Shown here in pieces: positions 57,251-64,000 of a stretch of DNA of 64,000 nucleotides. The stretch comes from the human T2T-CHM13v2.0 reference genome, Homo sapiens. Below the pieces are notes generated by a model. The model saw only the letters and a list, made by a program, of their open reading frames with translations. It made no database searches and was not told where the DNA came from. Where the stretch lies: assembly GCF_009914755.1 (NCBI RefSeq), contig NC_060929.1, one strand, 5' to 3'. The first letter of the stretch is position 1; each line of letters starts with the position of its first letter. The position numbers were made by a program, and so were the translations under genes.

Positions 57251-58817
57251 AATCCTGATATGTTAATTTAAATACCCCTGCTATATGTAAGTTTGGTTCT
57301 GATGTTTGCTGTCTTTTCAAACTGTTTTTGTTGTTGTTGTTATTGTTTTTCTTATTGGTATGTCTTGCAATTTTCTCTGCATAGTTTGACAGGATGTACT
57401 GTATGAAAGGAACTGCTGTAGATAAGCCTGCAGTAATGTGGTGGTTAAGGAGTTGGGGAATGTGAAGCATTCAATAATCCTATCATTAGGTCCCCATCTT
57501 TTAGTTAGCTTGTACGTCTCAACTGTGAACTTTATGGGCATTCCCATTTTTCTTTTTAGTTGAGACAGCATAGCTAGAGGGGGCTGGAGTTGGGGATTTC
57601 TCTGCTCTTAAGTCAGTTAGCTCTGATAAAATCCCAGCAGGTTAACCTGTTGTTAAATAGTTTTTTTCTGACTACAGACCTTCTTAAGAAAATGGAAAGC
57701 TTTGGTGTATTTCAAAATTGTTTATTTCCTCTCCCCCTGAAGAATGCACAAGGGGATTTTTCCTTTGAAATTCACTGTAAGTGCCTGATCAAATTCCAGA
57801 AGACAAAACTCACAGCAATGTGCTTCCCTGCCATGTCTGAGTCTGGAGTTTTTAATCTCTCAGACTTGTTCATGCTTAGCCTCCAACAGTTTGTCAATTA
57901 CACTTCAGGTTTTCCTACCCAGGCACCTGGTTCCCGTTGAGTTTTGTCTTTCTGTTTCTGTTCTAGTAAGCTGTGATTCTTCATATTCTTCTGCTTATCT
58001 TCCTAATTTGGGAGGCAGTGGTTCGCCTTGTGACCTTATTTCTCTGAGGGATCTAAGAAGAGTTATTGATTTTTCAGTTTGTTCATGTTTTTATTTGTTA
58101 GGATAGAATAACAACTTTCAAGCTTCTTATATGCTGTACAGGAAACCAGAAGTCCTCAAAAAGTATTTATAAACCAATGTTTTTCTAGATAGAAATATAA
58201 TGCATTCCATTTTATGTATGTGTATATATATTACATATATATACATAAAATGTGCTCACTATTTTATATTCCATGAGTAAATATGTAATATAAAACAACA
58301 GCTCATTTATTGAATACTTCGTATGTAATATGTATGTATACAAACACACACATAAAATAGTTTCTTATACATGTATGTGTTTAAAAATGAGTTTTCAATA
58401 AATTGAAAACTTCCCTTTCTTTATGAATTAGTAAACAAAGTCACCTACTGAAAATAGTGAAGGTGGAATGATAAGTTTGAACACACTATGTAATTCTGAA
58501 TTAAGCCATCTGGTCTGAAAGCTGCCTATGAAAATCATGGAAACTATGCCAGAGAAATCATTTGTGAGGGGAGGCAATTTACTTTGGGTTGGCGGTGATC
58601 TGTACATCTTTCATCAGTACCAAAAATCCCATTTTTTGTGAAAAATAATATGGGAATAATTCATTTAGATTTCCAACCATTTTAATACATTTCATTTGCT
58701 TTTAATTGAGATAATCCATTATTATTTATATCAAAAATATTCATACATAAGTTGAAATTGTACATACATAGAAAGTATTATACACTTTTTTGAAAAATAG
58801 CATTTTGACCTTAAAAA

Positions 58818-59125
58818 TTTTTTTTTTTAATTTAAAAAAATTGAGACAGGGTCTCACTTTGTCACCTAGGCTGGAGCATAGTGGTGCAATCATGTCTCAT
58901 GTAATCCATACCTCTCGGGCTCAAGCCATTCTCCCGCAACATCCTCCCAATGAGCTGTAACTACAGGCACATGCCACCACACCCACCTAATTTTTTAATT
59001 GTATTTTGTAGAGAAGGGGCTCCACTATGTTGCTCACGCTGGTCTCAAAATGCCTGGGCTCAAGCAACCCTCTCACCTCGGCCTTCCATAGTGCTGGGAT
59101 TTCAGGCATGAGCAAACACGCCAGG
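58818..59125 (-). mobile_element. AluJ
   Basis: gagacagggtctcactttgtcacc, gggctcaagc in both arms, high divergence. Confidence 0.9.
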
Positions 59126-59499
59126 AAATTTTAGGCTTTTAATAAAAAAAAAATTTCCAGGGGAATATGTCAAGACTTTCCATGATATATTACAAAATAT
59201 ATTTTTCATAATATATGATGGTAATGTATGAATAAAAATTATCAATTTGTAATAATATAGTAAAGTCAGTGTATCTTGGTTTCAGCCTGATTTTAATAAT
59301 CAAGTCTAAGCCATAAAATATAATGTATTTTTAGCAAATTGCTCTTTTAGAAACAGGTATTCCTAATTTTTTTCTGCAACAGAGAAAGAAAATCAATATT
59401 TTTTTGCCATAGATATATGAGCTTCTTTTATACAGTTGTCAAAAAAGGCAAATTACAGTGAATGTTCAAACTTTTACAAAGATACAGATATTATATATA

Positions 59500-59815
59500 C
59501 AGTCATCTACCACATGATGATGTTTTAGTCAACAACAGATTGTATATATGACAATAGTCCCATAAGATTATAATACCATGGTTTTACTATATACTTCCTG
59601 TGTTTAGACATGTCTAGATACATAAGTAGATATTATTGTGTTACAGTTGTCTACGGTATGGTACAGTAACATGCTGTACAGATGCACAGCCTAGGAGTAA
59701 TAGGGTGTACCACATAACCTAGGTATGTAGTAGGTTATACCATCTAGGTTTATATAAGTACCCTATAAGATGCATTTCTCAGAATGCATTCTCATCATTA
59801 AGCAAAACATTACTG
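59500..59815 (+). mobile_element. Tigger3a (MER7A) DNA transposon
   Basis: cagtcat...gtcccataagattataatacc...ataccatctaggttt...gcatttctcagaa...cattactg. Confidence 0.88.
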
Positions 59816-60994
59816 TGTATATGTGTGTGTATGATATTTATTGCTTTAACAAAGCATTATTATAGTTTTTTAATTTAAACTTTCATTTTCTGGTGTGTAA
59901 TATTTTCATTAAAAATAAAAATACAATAAGACAAATGCTTTGGATACACTAAAAGATTGGTTAAATTAGGTTTTTAATAGAATTATAGCAGAATGTAAAG
60001 TTCTTATAACTTAAGGAAGAACATTGGTAGTACATTTAATCAATAAAAGTTTGTATGTGTGCTTTAAAATATTTATATGGCTCATCCTTTTGCATAAAAT
60101 GTTTGAACTATTTATGCCAAAGCTTTAAATATTCTTATTGGATTAATTAAGAACAAGGATCTTGTCCAAACATATGTATTGACTATTTCTATCCCAACTA
60201 TATTATTCACAGTAATGCTCTAGGTTTTTTCCCAAGTGATGAGAATTTGGCAATAGCAATACTCTGTTGAGAAAGCTCGCAAGATATTGGTAAATGTATA
60301 ACAAATGCAATAGGATATATTCAGTGATATTCAAATACATGGTTTACATAGAAATGCAAAAAATTTTTGAAAATCTATAAGATGTAAGTTATTTGAGGAA
60401 TGAGGCTATACTTGCCCTCGTTATACCCTTAGGTCTTACCATATTATCAAGCATACATAGGCATATGATAAATACATAATAAAATTAGTGAAATAATAGT
60501 GAGACAATTGGCCTTGTTTTCTGCATTAAGAAAGGCTAGCAAGTACATACAGCAGCAGCAGTTATACAATCATAATTTTGCTTTATACAAATTCACATTC
60601 AGAAAACAACTTTCAGAAATACATGGTGAATATAAGTAGAGACGGTCTATATTATGGCGGTCATCTAATTTATACTTAAGGTTCAAATTTAGTCATACTT
60701 CCATAATAGCAGAGTTTATATTATAATTCTATTCCATTAACTTCTCTTTAAAAACATATTAATAAATTATACCCATAGGATAGAAAAAATATCATATTAT
60801 TTAATTATAATTTTCACATCGAGTTTAGGAAAAAATCAGATTTCCATATTATTTCTATTTCTGCATAAAAAGGTAAATATTACAGATGCCAATGAAAACA
60901 TGTATTTTCTCCCAGATATCCAAGATGAAAAATCAACATGGTAGAAAAAAGTAGAACACAAGTAACTATGCAAAAGGCAATAAATTTTCAAAAA

Positions 60995-61104
60995 TTTATT
61001 TTTAATTTTATGAATACATAATACTATATATAAATAGGGTACACGTGATATTTTGATACAAGATACACTGTGTAATGAGCAAACCTGGATAAGTGGGACA
61101 ATCA
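60995..61104 (-). mobile_element. L1MA 3'-terminal fragment
   Basis: gggtacacgtgatattttgatacaag...tgtgtaatga. Confidence 0.65.
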
Positions 61105-61900
61105 ATTTTTAACCTTAAAAATCACACACATTAAATTATATATTTGGAAAGTTTATGTTGGATATATATTAAGTAAATTTTATTAAATTGCCTTTAATAT
61201 GTTTGACTGTAGTAGAATGAACACTTAATTAAGTAGATTATTCTACTACTAGTGTAAACTTTGAAAACTCTTACAAATGTTCCATGTCTCAGTATACTAC
61301 ATTGAAAAAAAAAAGTGTGAACTAGACAGTCTTAAGTCTCTCAGGCTTTATGAACCAGATTCACCCAGTCCGTAAACTGTTCTTCACTATTAAGAACAGT
61401 GCCTTTGGGAAGGTTGCATTAACTCTTTCAGGCTAATTAGTTTAATTTACATGTAAAGCATATCTTTATATGCAGAGATATTTGGCTTCATTGAATTTCA
61501 ATTATTTGTCCTTATGCTATAGTAGTTGGCTTCCAATAATTTTTTGGCCTTTTTGTTGTTGAATTGGAGCTAAAGATACATAGAAAATAAGATGAACCAT
61601 TTGTATTAAAGTCATTTCATGGCCATTAATCAAATAATCATTCCATAATGTATTATCTACATTTTCATTGCATTGATGACTACTGTATTCCAATAGAAAA
61701 ATAATAGAAATTGATTATTCTAGATTTTTAACTCCAGTTCTACATTTAATCCTGAACTTTTAATCAATGCTTAGTCTTGAGAAAACCCAAGGTTACTTCA
61801 GTGTGACCTTATCTAATTTTTGCATGATTTCATGAAATGAAGTATCCAGTCTTTCCAGAGGGCTATAAATTTTATTCATCTATTCAGAAAACTAATACTT

Positions 61901-62199
61901 GGCTGGGTGCGGTGACTCACGCCTGTAATCCGAGCACTTTGGGAGGCCGCGGTGGGCAAATCATGAGGTCAGGAGTTTGAGACCAGACTGGCCAACATAG
62001 TGAAACTCCGTCTCTACTAAAAAAATACAAAAATTAGCTGGACGTCGTGGTATGCACCTATAATCCCAGCTACTCGGGAGGCTGAGGCAGGAGAATCACT
62101 TGAACCTGGGAGGTGGAGGTTGTGGTAAGGTGGTGAGCCGAGATCATGCCACTGCACTCCAGCCTGGGCAACAGAGTGAGACTCTGTCAAAAAAAAAAA
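61901..62199 (+). mobile_element. AluSg-like
   Basis: atcatgaggtcaggagtttgagaccag; TSD ctaatactt on both sides. Confidence 0.92.
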
Positions 62200-62345
62200 C
62201 CTAATACTTAATTTTAGTCAAAGAACATACCATATAAATTTCAACCATTTGAAATTTACTCAACTACAGTATTGCATGTGTGAAATAAATGTATATTCAG
62301 CAGTTTGATATTATATGTTCTTTAAATGTCATTAGCCTATTGTGG

Positions 62346-62835
62346 TGAAACTGGCCCAATTGTCCCATAGTACTGATGTTTATGGTTTCTTCAAATAAAC
62401 ATAGAAATTGATCCTTCCAGTATTAAAACTTGAGAAAGTTACATTTGCCTTACCTGAGTTCCTTTCTCAGGAAACCAACCATCGGGCCTCCCAGATAGCA
62501 TCAAGGAGCTGAAACTTACCAGATCACCACCCACATCTGGATAATCAGATGCTAGACCCTTCACCCATCATGATTCCCTAACTGACCATCTGCTTCCTGT
62601 TGAACAACTTATTTTCCTTATCCTTTCCCAATTCCTGTTTTCCCATACATGGTTACATTTATTCCCTGCTCTATAAACCCCTAATTTTAGTCATTCGGGT
62701 AGATGGATGACAGATTGATCTCAACTGCAGCACCTAATTAAAGCATCTTCCCTGGCAATACCTATTGTTTCAGTGATTGGCTTTCTGTGTGCTGAGCAGT
62801 GGGACCTAGGCCAAACTCTTAGGGTTCTGGTAACA
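62346..62835 (+). mobile_element. ERV1 solo LTR (LTR54-like)
   Basis: tgaaactggcccaattgtcccatag...ctataaacccc (TATA)...attaaagc (polyA)...ggtaaca; TSD not evident. Confidence 0.8.
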
Positions 62836-63351
62836 ATATTTGTCTTTGTCAAACATATCTGCATTATTACAGTCTAGTTGATTTATCAAATTTTGAGAAA
62901 TATTTAAATCTCCATCTGAGACTTATGTTTTTTTCCTTTCTTTCTCTCAGTTTCCTTTAAAATTTTTGAAAATCTCCATTTGAGTGCATACATATATACG
63001 AGTTATGTTTTCCTAATACATTTACCCTTTCATTAAAGCATTGCTATATCCTTTTCTTGAAGCCAATTTTATTAAACTAGGACATAATCGTACAAGATTT
63101 TTTGGTTTTTGTTCTACAATATTTCCTTTTTATCTTTTTAACTTATTTGTTGCATTGATTGAAACTGTTTCCTTCTGTTAGCATCAGGTAATTGATCTTG
63201 CAAATTTGGACAATCACTAATTTTCACATGATTATTTAAGTATTTGGTTACTGTCTGTAATTTTTCTATTTTTTTCCATAAGTCTGCATTCTTCTTGTAT
63301 CTTTCTGCTTCTAATTTTCTGCCTTGTTAATTTAAAAATTATAAAATTCAA

Positions 63352-63649
63352 GGCCAGGCAGGATGACGCAGGATGACTCATCCTGTAATCCCAGCACTTT
63401 GGGAGGCTGAGGTAGGCAGATCGCTTGAGCTCAGGAGTTTGAGACCAGCCTGGGCAACATAGTGAGATCCCAGCTCTACAGAATATACAAAAATTAGGCA
63501 AGCATAGTGACACATGCCTGTAGTCCCAGCTTCTCAAGAGGCTGAGGAAGGAAGATCGTTTGATCCCAGAAGGTAGAGGTTGCAGTGAGCCAAGATCATG
63601 CCGTGTTACTTCAGCCTGGGTGCTAGAGTGAGACTCTGTCTCGAAAAAA
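63352..63649 (+). mobile_element. AluJ
   Basis: gatcgcttgagctcaggagtttgagaccagcctgggcaacatagtgaga; 10-bp duplication gcaggatgac at the 5' end. Confidence 0.9.
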
Positions 63650-64000
63650 TACATACTTAGAACTCCATTTTTACTGTTTTACTATATTTCCTGTTATGAT
63701 GCTTTGAATGTATGTGTTTCTGTATTTATTTATGTAATTATTATTTTATTGGGTACTCTAGGCATTATTTCTATACATTTTAACCTATCACAAGTTGACT
63801 AGAGGCTATATTTTACTACCTCCAATAAAATAAATATACCTAACAATGTTTTAGTTACATTTACCACCTGCTTGATGCTATTGCTGTCATATGCATTACA
63901 CATGAAGAGATCCTAAATCTTTAATACATCTATAGTATTATAGTTGGTCATTTAAATTGTCTAATATCTCATTTGGTCTGCTTTATTTCTTCCTATGGAT

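Larger units (their letters stand above)
52370..58154 (-). mobile_element. L1MC1/2-like LINE with 3' and apparent 5' ends, large internal deletion near 55365, several nested insertions
   Basis: ttcactgcgctaaaaatcctctgtgctctgcctatttatccctccc (L1MC 3' UTR), antisense ORF2/ORF1, ends ggaaaccagaagtc. Confidence 0.85.
62210..64000 (-). mobile_element. Decayed L1ME ORF2 remnant, interrupted by an LTR and an AluJ
   Basis: aatgtatattcagcag...ttaaatctcc...tttgagtgcatacatat...ttacccttttcatta. Confidence 0.55.

Noticed and set aside
61330-61465. Possible MIR fragment
   Set aside because: Similarity too weak to call by eye
63232-63654. 140-aa ORF on the minus strand
   Set aside because: Antisense AluJ translation

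Overview
AT-rich, CpG-poor primate (human-like) nuclear DNA, either intergenic or deep-intronic. I can support no protein-coding gene, structural RNA gene or CpG island. The track ORFs are short, and the longest read through Alu, MaLR or L1 sequence. About half the window is recognisable transposon debris: two full-length THE1 MaLR proviruses, a full-length MSTA, an ancient near-complete MLT1, several solo LTRs (THE1, MST, MLT1A, MLT2, two ERV1-type, one LTR47-like), 14 Alus, long L1MA/L1MC/L1ME remnants, L2/MIR, and Tigger DNA transposons, often nested three deep with visible TSDs. I found no new biological system. The most notable signals are mutational or regulatory: a perfect 35-bp locally templated insertion copied from a THE1 LTR into an L1, a fold-back insertion in a THE1 internal region, an MLT2 with two 3' ends, and DUX4-type motifs in THE1 LTRs. 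Subfamily names come from my recall of consensus sequences and need RepeatMasker/Dfam confirmation.
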